Source: Candidatus Heimdallarchaeota archaeon B3_Heim (lineage in GTDB: Archaea; Asgardarchaeota; Heimdallarchaeia; Hodarchaeales; Hodarchaeaceae). From it: a stretch of DNA of 32,000 bases. Positions 17,366 to 26,986 of the stretch are shown here, in pieces (position 1 is the stretch's first letter; each line of letters opens with the position of its first letter). The translations under genes and the position numbers were made by a program. The stretch spans positions 1-32,000 of the forward strand of contig NJBF01000017.1 of assembly GCA_003144275.1 (NCBI GenBank), in the 5' to 3' direction. The notes below the pieces were generated by a model, which saw nothing but the letters and a program-made list of their open reading frames with translations, did not search any database and was not told where the DNA came from.

Positions 17366-19354
17366 ATGAAAATTGATGATATAAAACATGTTGCTGTAAT
17401 CGGCGCAGGAGACATGGGTCATGGAATTGCCCAGGTATGTCTCATGACGGGTTATACAGTGAGCATGTACGATATAAAAGATGAATTTGTTGAGAAAGGC
17501 AAATCACGAATTGAATGGAGTTTAAATAAGCTCGCTGAGAAAGCTCGAATTTCTGAAAAAGATCGTGATACCTATCTCGGAAAACTAACAATTTCTACCA
17601 ATATGGAAGAAGTTGTTAAGAATGCTGACCTTTGTGTGGAAGCTGCACCAGAAAATCTTGATCTTAAGAAGAAGATTTTTGGTGATTTGGATAAATATGC
17701 TCCTAAACACGCAATACTTGCGTCTAATACTTCAAATATGAGCATTACTGAGATTGGTGAAGCAACTAAGCGACCCGATAAGGTAGCTGGATTACATTAC
17801 TTCAATCCTCCAGTGATGATGCAATTAATTGAAATCATCAAAGGTGAAAAAACCTCTGATGAGACCATTAATGTCCTTATTGACTTAGCGAAGAAATCAA
17901 CCAAGAATCCCGTGGTATCCAAAGATCATCCTGGTTTCATTGTGAATAGAATTAATGCCATCACCATGCTTCTAATTCATACCATGCTGGATAAAAAAGA
18001 GTACAAAGCTGAGGAAATAGATGCAGCTGCTATGATGATGGGTATGCGAATGGGTCCCTACGAACTTATGGATTTCGTAGGTTTAGATGTTGCATATCAT
18101 TCTATGAATTATCTTGCAGATAGGCTTGATAAAGACTACACTCCAACTCCAAGCATGAAGAAACTCGTAGATGCTGGAAAATTAGGGAAAAAGACTGGTG
18201 AAGGTATTTATAAATGGCCTGAAACAGGTCGACCTGATATTGATAGGGATGCTGAATGTGATTTTGATGTTATGGACTTAATGCGCGTCCAGATCAATGA
18301 AGCAGCTAAAGTTCTTGAAGAAGGAATTGCTATTCGTGGAGCCAAAGATATTGACACGGCGATGAAAAAAGGAATGAACAATCCTTTTGGTCCTTTTGAA
18401 TTAGCTGAAAATGCCGATCTACCCGAATTAACTGCATATATGGATGGACTTGCTGATAAGTATGGTTTAGAAGTTTTCCGTGCCCATAAATGGGTTCGTG
18501 ATGGAACTTTGATGGAACATACGAAAGCTGTTGAAGCTGCTCCTGAGGAAGCCTCTCCTTTTGAATTTGAGAATGTCGAAGTTACGAAGGACGAAGAAAA
18601 CTTTGTTACCACGATCATGTTGAATAATCCGCCATTAAACCTGATTTCTCAAGGTCTTCTTGATGATTTGTCTAAAGCGCTTGATCTTCTTTGGGACGAT
18701 GAAAAAACCAGAGTCATTGTCATCCGCGGTAGTGCTAATTGTTTCTCTGCTGGTGCACAAATTGATCCATCCTTAATGTTGGACGCAGTTCCATTCGTTT
18801 TATATGAATATGTCAGAAAAGGACAGATGACTTTTAAGAAGTTACGGCAGATATCAAAGATTGTCATTGCAGCTATGGAACGCTTCGCTCTTGGAGGCGG
18901 TTTAGAGATGGCAATGCATTGTGATCTCCGAATAGCAAAGGAAAGCTGCAAAATGGGGTTACCCGAAGTACAACTCGGTCTATTTCCAGCCTGGGGTGGT
19001 ACTCAGATCATGCGTAGGCATATTGGCTTAGGACGCACCATGGATCTCGTTATGTCTTCAAGACGAGTGAAAGCTGAAGACGCAGAAGAAATGGGCCTCA
19101 TCACGAAAGAAGTCGATGATGACAAGTTTGAAGAATATGTGTACAAATATGCCAAGAAACTTGCCATTGGGTGTGCTCCAATGAGTGTTGCAGTAGCTAA
19201 ACGTTTAGTTAATGAAACCGCTGAAGGTGACTTAGATACTGGATATAATGCCGAGGCCCTTGGTGCTGGTGTAGTCTACGTATCTGAAGATAGCAAAGAA
19301 GGATTTATGGCTCGAGTCATCGAAAAACGTGATCCGAATTTTGAGGGTAAATAA
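17366..19354 (+). CDS. 3-hydroxyacyl-CoA dehydrogenase / enoyl-CoA hydratase fusion (archaeal domain order)
   Basis: VIGAGDMGHGIA, ASNTS, GLHYFNP, PGFIVNR; C-terminal crotonase domain with GGGLEMAMHCD and GLPEVQLGLFPAWGGTQ. Confidence 0.95.
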   Translation: MKIDDIKHVAVIGAGDMGHGIAQVCLMTGYTVSMYDIKDEFVEKGKSRIEWSLNKLAEKARISEKDRDTYLGKLTISTNMEEVVKNADLCVEAAPENLDLKKKIFGDLDKYAPKHAILASNTSNMSITEIGEATKRPDKVAGLHYFNPPVMMQLIEIIKGEKTSDETINVLIDLAKKSTKNPVVSKDHPGFIVNRINAITMLLIHTMLDKKEYKAEEIDAAAMMMGMRMGPYELMDFVGLDVAYHSMNYLADRLDKDYTPTPSMKKLVDAGKLGKKTGEGIYKWPETGRPDIDRDAECDFDVMDLMRVQINEAAKVLEEGIAIRGAKDIDTAMKKGMNNPFGPFELAENADLPELTAYMDGLADKYGLEVFRAHKWVRDGTLMEHTKAVEAAPEEASPFEFENVEVTKDEENFVTTIMLNNPPLNLISQGLLDDLSKALDLLWDDEKTRVIVIRGSANCFSAGAQIDPSLMLDAVPFVLYEYVRKGQMTFKKLRQISKIVIAAMERFALGGGLEMAMHCDLRIAKESCKMGLPEVQLGLFPAWGGTQIMRRHIGLGRTMDLVMSSRRVKAEDAEEMGLITKEVDDDKFEEYVYKYAKKLAIGCAPMSVAVAKRLVNETAEGDLDTGYNAEALGAGVVYVSEDSKEGFMARVIEKRDPNFEGK

Positions 19355-19674
19355 ACCTTCACTACTCTTTTTTCCCTCCATTCCCACTCATTTCATTTTT
19401 TTTACTTCTACTTTATTTTAACCATTTTTATGAGGAAGTTGAAGATGATAACAAGAAAGTAAAGTTCCAGAATATCTGTCTGTTCCTATCTGAATTCCTC
19501 CACTATTTTATAGATTTTCAGCTTTTACTCCGAGAATAAAACGATGTTCCCAGAAGGTAACGGAAAAAGAAATTTCAACAAAGGTATTAAAGGTAGCTCA
19601 GTGGCGTAAAACGTAAATATGGATTTAGATGTTCATATTCTTCACTTGTTAAAGGTTTTTTCTGAGGAAATAAG

Positions 19675-20784
19675 ATGAAAAGTAAAGAAAAGGAATTACT
19701 ACTAGAACTGTCTCAAGCTGCAAGAAGACCTGGTGTTAAGCTTTATCACTTCGCAGTATTAAGTACTTTAGATGAGAAAGGTCGACCATATAGTCGAGTA
19801 CGATCACCTACAGTTATTCTACCATATAACATGGCCTTAAATCATCGGAAAATGCAAATTAGTGGCAAAATTCCTACAAGGTATTCTAAAGAAAGATTGG
19901 AAAAAGCTATAGAATTAGATACTAAGTATAAACATATTCGAGACAAACATGAATGGGAATTATTATGCTACGATGAATCCGTTCAAGATAGTAGCTTAAA
20001 ATTATCCACAACCCATTTCAGACGTGATTCTCGAGCAAATTTGCTCTGTCTTGAAGCTGTAGTTGTTATTGATCCAATCTCAAAACAAATGACCGTACAA
20101 AGGGGAAGAAGAGATTTCGTCATAGATGTTGAGGTAACCGATATATCCAAAAAAGGAGAAGACCTTTATGATTATATGGCAGCATGGTACCTTCTCCTCC
20201 TAGCGGATACTCACCTGGCTGCTCACGAAGATAAAGAAAAAAGATTTTTTGATACCGTTAAAGAAATATGGACAGCAAAATATGAAACCATCAAAATAAA
20301 CTTACAGTCAGAAGAGGGACCAATAGAAATTCTTGAAGACTTTTCTTTTGCTAATAAAACCGAAGGATTGAACTTTATTGATAGGCACCATATGGGAACA
20401 CTAGCTATCAGAAATAAGGATGCTAATAGAGCTGATGTTGTTTCCACAACCTTTGATGTTGATCTTTCGATCGCAGAGGGGATTTTTTGGCAGATTAATT
20501 CCGATTTAGAATTCATAGAAAGGTTTTTTAAAAAATTAGAATCAAATTTATCCTCTAACGACCCATTTGTGTCAATTTGTACCATGGCTTTTGGAATGAA
20601 ATATGAACTCGGAATCGCAGTCGAAGGTGAGATAACTCTCAACGGGGAAGAAATAACTAGTTACAAATCAAAAAATAATATATCAGGATCAGTTGCATAT
20701 ATCAAACCCCGTAGAATGACTAACATAAGCCCTAGTGAAAGTCGTCGGAAAACTGTCGGCGTGATATTTGACGAATGGAAATAG
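19675..20784 (+). CDS. Protein with two tandem PNPOx-like (FMN/F420-binding split-barrel) domains
   Basis: Domain 1: FAVLSTLDEKGRPYSR...SRANLL. Domain 2: HMGTLAIRN...KKLESNLSSNDPFVSIC...GIAVEG. Confidence 0.6.
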   Translation: MKSKEKELLLELSQAARRPGVKLYHFAVLSTLDEKGRPYSRVRSPTVILPYNMALNHRKMQISGKIPTRYSKERLEKAIELDTKYKHIRDKHEWELLCYDESVQDSSLKLSTTHFRRDSRANLLCLEAVVVIDPISKQMTVQRGRRDFVIDVEVTDISKKGEDLYDYMAAWYLLLLADTHLAAHEDKEKRFFDTVKEIWTAKYETIKINLQSEEGPIEILEDFSFANKTEGLNFIDRHHMGTLAIRNKDANRADVVSTTFDVDLSIAEGIFWQINSDLEFIERFFKKLESNLSSNDPFVSICTMAFGMKYELGIAVEGEITLNGEEITSYKSKNNISGSVAYIKPRRMTNISPSESRRKTVGVIFDEWK

Positions 20785-20838
20785 ACTATCAAGGATCAGA
20801 AGCTTATATGATACAACACCGAATCAATGCTAATAGTT

Positions 20839-20884
20839 CCCCCTCCGATAGAGGGGGCAATATCATCTATTCCGAATGGGAATA
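20839..20884. other. Two adjacent intergenic hairpins (possible terminator or processing signal)
   Basis: CCCCCTC-CGATA-GAGGGGG (20839-20857) and TATTCC-GAATG-GGAATA (20868-20884). Confidence 0.35.
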
Positions 20885-20907
20885 ACTAACTCTTTTGAGG
20901 AATAAAT

Positions 20908-22137
20908 ATGATTTCACTTCCATCAATAATCGGCAATATTTGGGCTTCTTCTACAATATTTTCTCACGTAAATCATTTAGCTGATTCAATTGGCCCAAGG
21001 ATCACTGGAAGCACTGGTAATACACAGGCTGTTTCCTATTTAGAAGATCAATTTAATAATCTTGAATTAAAAGTAGAAAAACAGTTATTTGATGTTGATA
21101 TCTGGAGTTATGAGGAAGTTTCCTGTAATTTAGGACGTCAATCAATCAAAGCTGTCCCTTTTGGTTATTCTTCTCCAGGTGAAATTGAAGGCTCTATCTT
21201 ACCTTTAATTAATCCTAACCTAAAAAGGTTAGAATCCTATAAATTCTCTGATAAGATTGTCGTTTACTTGAACACTATGGGTTTCATGAGTGCTATGGGT
21301 GGACGAGGATTATCTCGGGAAGATCTCATTGCTAAATCTGAAGAAAAAGGCGCTACGGCTTTTATCGAAGTAACGAACAAACCAGGAGGAGTAATAGAAC
21401 GGAGAAATTTAAAAACATCGTCATCTATCCCTAGTGTAGCCGTTTCGCTAGAAGATGGTCATTTTTTATTGCGTAATCAGAAAGATGTGACCTTGACTGT
21501 AGTTGGACAGAAAAAAACTGTATCTGGAGAAAATATTATCGCAAAAACTAAGCAGAGCACAGAGAAAAAAATTATTCTCAATGCCCATTATGACACTGCT
21601 CCTGAATCACCAGGCGCATTTGATAACGCAACTGGAGTCGCAACCCTCTTGGAATTAGCTAGAGTGTTTTCAGAATTTGAAACTCTTCCTTTCTCACTAG
21701 AATTTGTTGGATTAGGTGCCTCTAAGTGGCATTTTAGTGGTGCTAAAAAGTACATTGAAAAAAGTTTAGAACAACAACCCAGATTAGCGATGACCTTTGA
21801 TAACACTGCTAAACCAGGAGGAACCAGAAATGGCGTACTCACAAATGATATGCATCTATTTGGAGTTACAAAGAAACTTGTTTCTGATTTCGGTTTTGAT
21901 ATAAACCTAGCTCCTATACCAATTTTTGGTACAGATGCAACCCAATTCCATAAGAGAAATATTCCTATTTTTGTAATTAATCAGTGGAAATCTCCCACGT
22001 TTATGAACACTCCTTATGATACTCCAGAGAAATTGTCAGCAGATTCTCTCAAGAACTCCACTAGTATAGCAGGAGCGATTTTGGCAAATATCCAAAACAT
22101 TTCCAGAATGGATAAAACTCGTAAAAACAAGGCGTAA
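20908..22137 (+). CDS. M28 aminopeptidase homologue with PA domain and a degenerate active site
   Basis: GPRITGSTG, LNAHYDT, GAFDNATG are present. The expected (F/W)xAEE is replaced by LGASK and YHT by MNT. Confidence 0.8.
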   Translation: MISLPSIIGNIWASSTIFSHVNHLADSIGPRITGSTGNTQAVSYLEDQFNNLELKVEKQLFDVDIWSYEEVSCNLGRQSIKAVPFGYSSPGEIEGSILPLINPNLKRLESYKFSDKIVVYLNTMGFMSAMGGRGLSREDLIAKSEEKGATAFIEVTNKPGGVIERRNLKTSSSIPSVAVSLEDGHFLLRNQKDVTLTVVGQKKTVSGENIIAKTKQSTEKKIILNAHYDTAPESPGAFDNATGVATLLELARVFSEFETLPFSLEFVGLGASKWHFSGAKKYIEKSLEQQPRLAMTFDNTAKPGGTRNGVLTNDMHLFGVTKKLVSDFGFDINLAPIPIFGTDATQFHKRNIPIFVINQWKSPTFMNTPYDTPEKLSADSLKNSTSIAGAILANIQNISRMDKTRKNKA

Positions 22138-22212
22138 AAAAACCTATTGGACATCAGAAGTAAATTATTTTTATTTCAGTAGTTCTGGCAAGATAAATTA
22201 AATTGTATTCCT

Positions 22213-22809
22213 TTATGTATAGATCTCTCCTGTTTCAGGAGCCAGATACCCGAAAACACCCATTAGTAGCAATAATATACTACTAAGGACCCATCCCACT
22301 TCAAATAAGTCGATACTTAAAAGAAAACTCTGGAAGACTGGAGTTATACACCCGATAAGGGCAGCTACCGTTAGAATTGCTCCAATCTGTTTTCCAGAAT
22401 CCCTTGAAACTTCATTTATTGTATAGGTCCATGCAGTTAAATTAATACATACAAAGAAGATTGTAATCATTTTGAAAACATTTGATAACACATTATTATC
22501 ATGTATAGCTGGTATGAAACCTAACAGAGCAATACTACCAGCAAGTATCCCCCCGATAGTCATCACCGGTCGTCTCTGGTGAATTCTTTGAGTCCAGAAA
22601 ACACCGATCAAGATGCCAATATATACCAGAAGTAATTCCATTAAAAAGAATAAGAATGTAAATGGTGGAGGGAGTACAACTGATTTCGTGGGTGAAATAG
22701 CCTTTCCTAAATAAACAGGAATATAGACTGTTGTTCCTACATAAGCAAAAAATGATCCCATTAATAACCCTAAAATGTAAGTGTCTCTTTTCATAAAGAA
22801 TTCTTTCAT
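22213..22809 (-). CDS. MFS transporter C-terminal half (about 6 TM)
   Basis: RDTYILGLL...QRIHQRRPV...YLAPETG; overlaps the upstream gene's stop by ATGA. Confidence 0.65.
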   Translation of the reverse strand: MKEFFMKRDTYILGLLMGSFFAYVGTTVYIPVYLGKAISPTKSVVLPPPFTFLFFLMELLLVYIGILIGVFWTQRIHQRRPVMTIGGILAGSIALLGFIPAIHDNNVLSNVFKMITIFFVCINLTAWTYTINEVSRDSGKQIGAILTVAALIGCITPVFQSFLLSIDLFEVGWVLSSILLLLMGVFGYLAPETGEIYT

Positions 22810-23432
22810 CCTTCGTCCTCCGTTTTACTTATTAGAAACAGATATAGACACCACAAACCAGTAGCTACTAAACCAATCCCGCCCCAAAAGGCTACAGACA
22901 TTTGCCAATTCTCATTGAATAGGACAAAGAGGTATATCGTAAAATATGCTGATCCGAATGCACCAGTAACTAACCCACTCATCAAAAGGAGAGTATTTTT
23001 TGTATTTTGAGATGAAGGGACATATCGTGACAAGATCTGGTTATGGTACATAAAGAGTAATCCAAATCCAGAGGCCGCGCAAAAGCGAATTAATAGGAGA
23101 AGAGGAAAATTGGGAATAAATGGATGCAGAGTTCCAAAAAAAGATAAGATAAAAGAACCTGCTAAAACGACATAATCAATACCAAACTTTTTGAAAAGAC
23201 GTGCTATTAATCCTGAGAGAGGTATTGGTAATAACATCACGACGAAGAGTAGAGACGATTGAATTACATCTATATTAAATTCATTTTGTATGAGAGGGAT
23301 AAAGATTGATATAGATGACCATATTCCTCCTAATGCTAGAAGGGAGAGAAAGAAACTAACCATGACTAAGTATTTTTCTAATTTTGAGGGATTAAGTATA
23401 ATTTCTGTTTGTGGTAACTCCATTACTAACAC
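22806..23432 (-). CDS. MFS transporter N-terminal half (about 6 TM)
   Basis: IPLIQNEFNIDVIQSSLL, degenerate motif A GLIARLFKKFG, LLLIRFCAASGFG, NWQMSVAFWG. Confidence 0.7.
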   Translation of the reverse strand: MLVMELPQTEIILNPSKLEKYLVMVSFFLSLLALGGIWSSISIFIPLIQNEFNIDVIQSSLLFVVMLLPIPLSGLIARLFKKFGIDYVVLAGSFILSFFGTLHPFIPNFPLLLLIRFCAASGFGLLFMYHNQILSRYVPSSQNTKNTLLLMSGLVTGAFGSAYFTIYLFVLFNENWQMSVAFWGGIGLVATGLWCLYLFLISKTEDEG

Positions 23433-23475
23433 CTATCTTTTCTGTTTGAATCTTAAAAAGGAATGACAATTTTTA

Positions 23476-23823
23476 TCATGCTATGGGTTGGTTTTTCCTT
23501 CTACTACCTGAGATTTTTTGAAAAAATTTTTTTCCAAAAAAGACAATCTCATAAATTCCAAAGAGAATAATCAAACCCCATAGTGTGAGAACTGCTCCTA
23601 ATGAAAATCCTCCTATAAAACTATAAGGGAGATATAAGAGAGGATGAGTTTCACTTTCATAAGCAGTTCCTGCATTCGTTGCAACGATATTAACGATTGT
23701 ATTCAGTAATCCACTAATTACACCAATTACACAGAGAATCCGAAATAAATAATACCAATAACGTTGTTCCAAGGAGGATTCAAATTGATTTTCGGGTCGT
23801 TTCCATTTTCCCACGGTAACCAC
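23476..23823 (-). CDS. Hypothetical 2-TM membrane protein
   Basis: 115-aa ORF with two hydrophobic segments, collinear with its neighbours. Confidence 0.55.
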   Translation of the reverse strand: MVTVGKWKRPENQFESSLEQRYWYYLFRILCVIGVISGLLNTIVNIVATNAGTAYESETHPLLYLPYSFIGGFSLGAVLTLWGLIILFGIYEIVFFGKKFFQKISGSRRKNQPIA

Positions 23824-24018
23824 ATCGCTTGATTGAATCTGATTGATTCTTTAAAAATCACATCGATTTCTCTCTATCACGTTATTTTTCATAAAGCATT
23901 CGCCCGTTAACTATCTTTTTTTTAGAGATTATAATCATCAAATGTCAAGTATTTACAATTCATTATATTATAAATTCAAAAAAGAAAAATGATGAAAAAA
24001 AAGGAAAAAAGATTCCCT

Positions 24019-25269
24019 TTATTTCTTTTTACGTTGGCTGATCGCAGCAATTCCCATTAAGGAAATTAAGAGAAAAACCGCTTCAAAACCAGGGGTGCTT
24101 CCATCATCAGTTGTAGTCGTCTCATCGGTAGTGGTTGAAACTTCAGGTTCCGTTGTAGTATCTGTAGGATCAGAAGAACCTAAAAGTCTGATTTCCGAAA
24201 CAGTTCCGAAACCCATCATTTGAATCCAGAAGCCTTTAAGATGGAATTCATCAATTATTCCATTTGTGCGGTCCCAAAGCATTTTGAGTAAGGGACCACC
24301 CATGGTTGAACCAGATTGATAACCAAAGTGTGTAGCATTGTTTGTTACTGTGTACTCTTTGTAGGTGTAGTAAAGCTGATTATGCTTCCATTCACGTGAT
24401 TTAACATAACCCATTAACATTGTTTCATTCGAACTAACATCACCAAAGACGAATTTTCCGTACACCGATGTCCCCATCATGGATGTATTGATTGTGGTAA
24501 TCTCAATATAGAAAACATCACCCTGAGAGATTTGGGAGTCTGGAGCATCTGGATATGCATATGATCCATCTGTAATCGGATTACCTTCAGAATCTTTTAT
24601 CGTACCCCACTCTAGCCATATTTTATCTCCTACAAACGCACCATAATCGGCAACAGATTCATATCGTTCTATTAAAATTTCACTGAGTGTACCAAAACCC
24701 ATCATTTGGATCCACATTCCAGTCATTTCCCATTCTAACATTGCACCATCAGTAGCATCCCATTTGAAGCGTAAGATTCCGCCCATCATGGTAGTGTTGT
24801 ATTGGAAGTAATCACCTTCAACATAATCGACTGTATAACCTTTACTTTCGTAGTCACTTTGCCAATAAGTCCAATTGTATTCACTGGAGTTCATTGCTTT
24901 GAAATAACCCCTGAGGGTTACATTTGGTGTTGATGATCCATCCGCGAATGAGAAAATTCCATATGTGTAAGGAGAGGTTTCTTGTGTAGTTGTATTAATT
25001 ACAGTCATATTTATCTCTGTTATATCGATGTAAAAATGATCTCCTTCTGATATGTTAGAACCAGGGGCATCTGGATAGGAATAGCTAGCATCCGTAACAG
25101 GATTTTCTTCACTATCTTTTAAGGAAGCCCACACATATTCAAATTGATCTCCAACTTCCACATTAAAGTGACCCTCATGGGCAACCGCAGCTAATGCAGT
25201 ATTGCTCCAAGCTAATGGTACACTTGCTAATAAGAAGCTGAGAATAAGAATTACGTTTCTTTTCTTCAT
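24019..25269 (-). CDS. Secreted cell-surface glycoprotein with two internal repeats, a Thr-rich linker and PGF-CTERM (start re-called to ATG 25269)
   Basis: Signal peptide; repeated KDSExNPxTDxSYxYPDAP...WIQMMGFGTxSEI; C-terminal STPGFEAVFLLISLMGIAAISQRKKK; many N-x-S/T sequons. Confidence 0.85.
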   Translation of the reverse strand: MKKRNVILILSFLLASVPLAWSNTALAAVAHEGHFNVEVGDQFEYVWASLKDSEENPVTDASYSYPDAPGSNISEGDHFYIDITEINMTVINTTTQETSPYTYGIFSFADGSSTPNVTLRGYFKAMNSSEYNWTYWQSDYESKGYTVDYVEGDYFQYNTTMMGGILRFKWDATDGAMLEWEMTGMWIQMMGFGTLSEILIERYESVADYGAFVGDKIWLEWGTIKDSEGNPITDGSYAYPDAPDSQISQGDVFYIEITTINTSMMGTSVYGKFVFGDVSSNETMLMGYVKSREWKHNQLYYTYKEYTVTNNATHFGYQSGSTMGGPLLKMLWDRTNGIIDEFHLKGFWIQMMGFGTVSEIRLLGSSDPTDTTTEPEVSTTTDETTTTDDGSTPGFEAVFLLISLMGIAAISQRKKK

Positions 25270-25378
25270 TAAAAAAACCAACCGTTTCTATTTTATTGAA
25301 ATCAATTCCATATTAGGAATTTAACTCGAGTTGTTATTTTTTCTAGTAGGATTAAAAGTGTATTGATATCTCATCTCA

Positions 25379-25720
25379 TTATTCTTGGTCAAGAGAAATA
25401 TACCCTTTTTTCTTTAGGTTTAAAAGAAAGGTTGCTAAGCTTGACCGAACACTGTTTGTATCTTGCTCTGCATCTTCGATTAACTTTTTCTCAATTGTTC
25501 TTACAGAATGAGTTCCATCACATAAATTCCAGACAAATTGGCCAATTTCGTCTATGACCATCACTTTTTTTTCCCGATCATGATCACTAATAAACTTTTT
25601 TCCAGGTTCCCAGTATCCTACAATAATATTAGCAAGTTTTTTTGGAAATAAATGATTTAATTGAACATTATCACTCGGTAAAAGGGCAGTTCCTGATTTT
25701 TGCTGATTTTTATCAACCAT
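25379..25720 (-). CDS. Stand-alone PqqD-family protein (RiPP recognition element fold)
   Basis: IDEIGQFVWNLCDGTHSVRTIEKKL...VRSSLATFLLNLKKKGYI matches the PqqD pattern L.E.G.FIW.LCDG..TV..I...FL..L...G.I. Confidence 0.8.
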   Translation of the reverse strand: MVDKNQQKSGTALLPSDNVQLNHLFPKKLANIIVGYWEPGKKFISDHDREKKVMVIDEIGQFVWNLCDGTHSVRTIEKKLIEDAEQDTNSVRSSLATFLLNLKKKGYISLDQE

Positions 25721-25863
25721 TCTACATTCCCAATAATTGAGTTTATTTGAAGCGTGATATAATATAGGATTTCAACCTTGGATAGATCTTTCAATTTTGT
25801 GATAAATATTGGGTTTGGGAAAAAGGAGGTGGGGAGAGTATTACCCTAAGAAGTTAGGCTCAA

Positions 25864-26781
25864 TTATTGGACCTGTTTTCTTTTATAAAAAAGAATCACG
25901 ATGAGACTAAATCCAAAAATAGCGAAAGGAAAGGCAAAACCAGGAGTAGTCTCCTCAACATATTCACCAAAGATAGACAAGGAGCCCCAAGTTTGTTGAT
26001 CAGTGAAGTTCGCGTCTGATGGCCAGTCTACAAAAGGGCCTCCTTCAGGATCAGCTTCAGGGTCATTTGTTATTGATTCATAGAGCGTAGTAGTGAATCC
26101 AACGGTTAGAGGAAGAGTTGGAGCTACTACTTCATCAGGAAAATTAGGATTGAAGCTTGTTAATGGAATTTTAAACGAGAACATTTCGTGGGGGGTGGCT
26201 TCATTCCATGATTCTTGGAAAAAGCCCCATAATTGTAAAGGTGGAATTAATCCTTGTGGTGGCATGTTGTGACAATATGAAACATCAAACCCATGGACTT
26301 CGCCATCCTCTTCATCTATACTAGCATTAAACAAAACCTGTTGGCTAAAGTAAACATGGCTTTCACCGAACGTGGTGAAGAAATACATATCTGTGTTAGA
26401 AGTATTTGCTTTGTCATGTGTCGTATCAAAAGCAATTTGAGCATAATCCAATCTTGTTTGTTCTTGAACATAAATTGAATCGGCTAGGACGTAAAGAAAA
26501 GTATTATCGTGAGCGAGATACAGTATTCCTCCTTCAAGAGTTCTGTTCTCATAATCACTACCTGGTTCCCCAGGATTAGATATTAGTGAAATTTTTGTCA
26601 CATCTTCATGCTCCCAATCTGCTTGTTTGATATTTCCGACTGTAATGGAATGGTTTATTGGGTAAAGATCGTAATGGGTCACTTCATCCTGTGTATTAGC
26701 TGAAATATCTGCAGAAGCCGATGGTATTCCAATTACTATTACTGATAAGACCAAAATCATGGTAAAAATAAATTTTCTCAC
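25864..26781 (-). CDS. Secreted PGF-CTERM surface protein, possible DOMON/CBM9-like domain
   Basis: Signal peptide; LYLAHDNTFLYVLAD...QIAFDTTHD; C-terminal TTPGFAFPFAIFGFSLIVILFYKRK. Confidence 0.75.
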   Translation of the reverse strand: MRKFIFTMILVLSVIVIGIPSASADISANTQDEVTHYDLYPINHSITVGNIKQADWEHEDVTKISLISNPGEPGSDYENRTLEGGILYLAHDNTFLYVLADSIYVQEQTRLDYAQIAFDTTHDKANTSNTDMYFFTTFGESHVYFSQQVLFNASIDEEDGEVHGFDVSYCHNMPPQGLIPPLQLWGFFQESWNEATPHEMFSFKIPLTSFNPNFPDEVVAPTLPLTVGFTTTLYESITNDPEADPEGGPFVDWPSDANFTDQQTWGSLSIFGEYVEETTPGFAFPFAIFGFSLIVILFYKRKQVQ

Positions 26782-26986
26782 TTCTTTCGAATCTCCATTT
26801 TTTATAGGTTTTTAATTCAACAATCTTCTTTTGAAGAGGACTATGGATAACTAAACATCCATATTTCGCATATAACTTTAAAGATTCGTGATTCATATTT
26901 TTCGATTCTGATATATCAGGAGTTGTTATATTGTTATATAAAAATGGATAAATGGTCTTTAGGTCTTCCTAAATAACTGTTCTGAG

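Noticed and set aside
16132-19354. Thiolase plus dehydrogenase/hydratase fusion as a novelty
   Set aside because: Standard archaeal beta-oxidation pair with intact catalytic motifs.
19592-19604. tRNA-like motif GGTAGCTCAGTGG
   Set aside because: It resembles a D-arm start, but no acceptor stem, anticodon arm or T-arm (GTTCRA) follows. It sits next to a TATA-like ATTAAAGG and is more likely promoter sequence.
25282-25378. 17-aa ORF MRYQYTFNPTRKNNNSS downstream of the PqqD gene as a RiPP precursor
   Set aside because: No RBS, leader motif or core features; consistent with a chance ORF.
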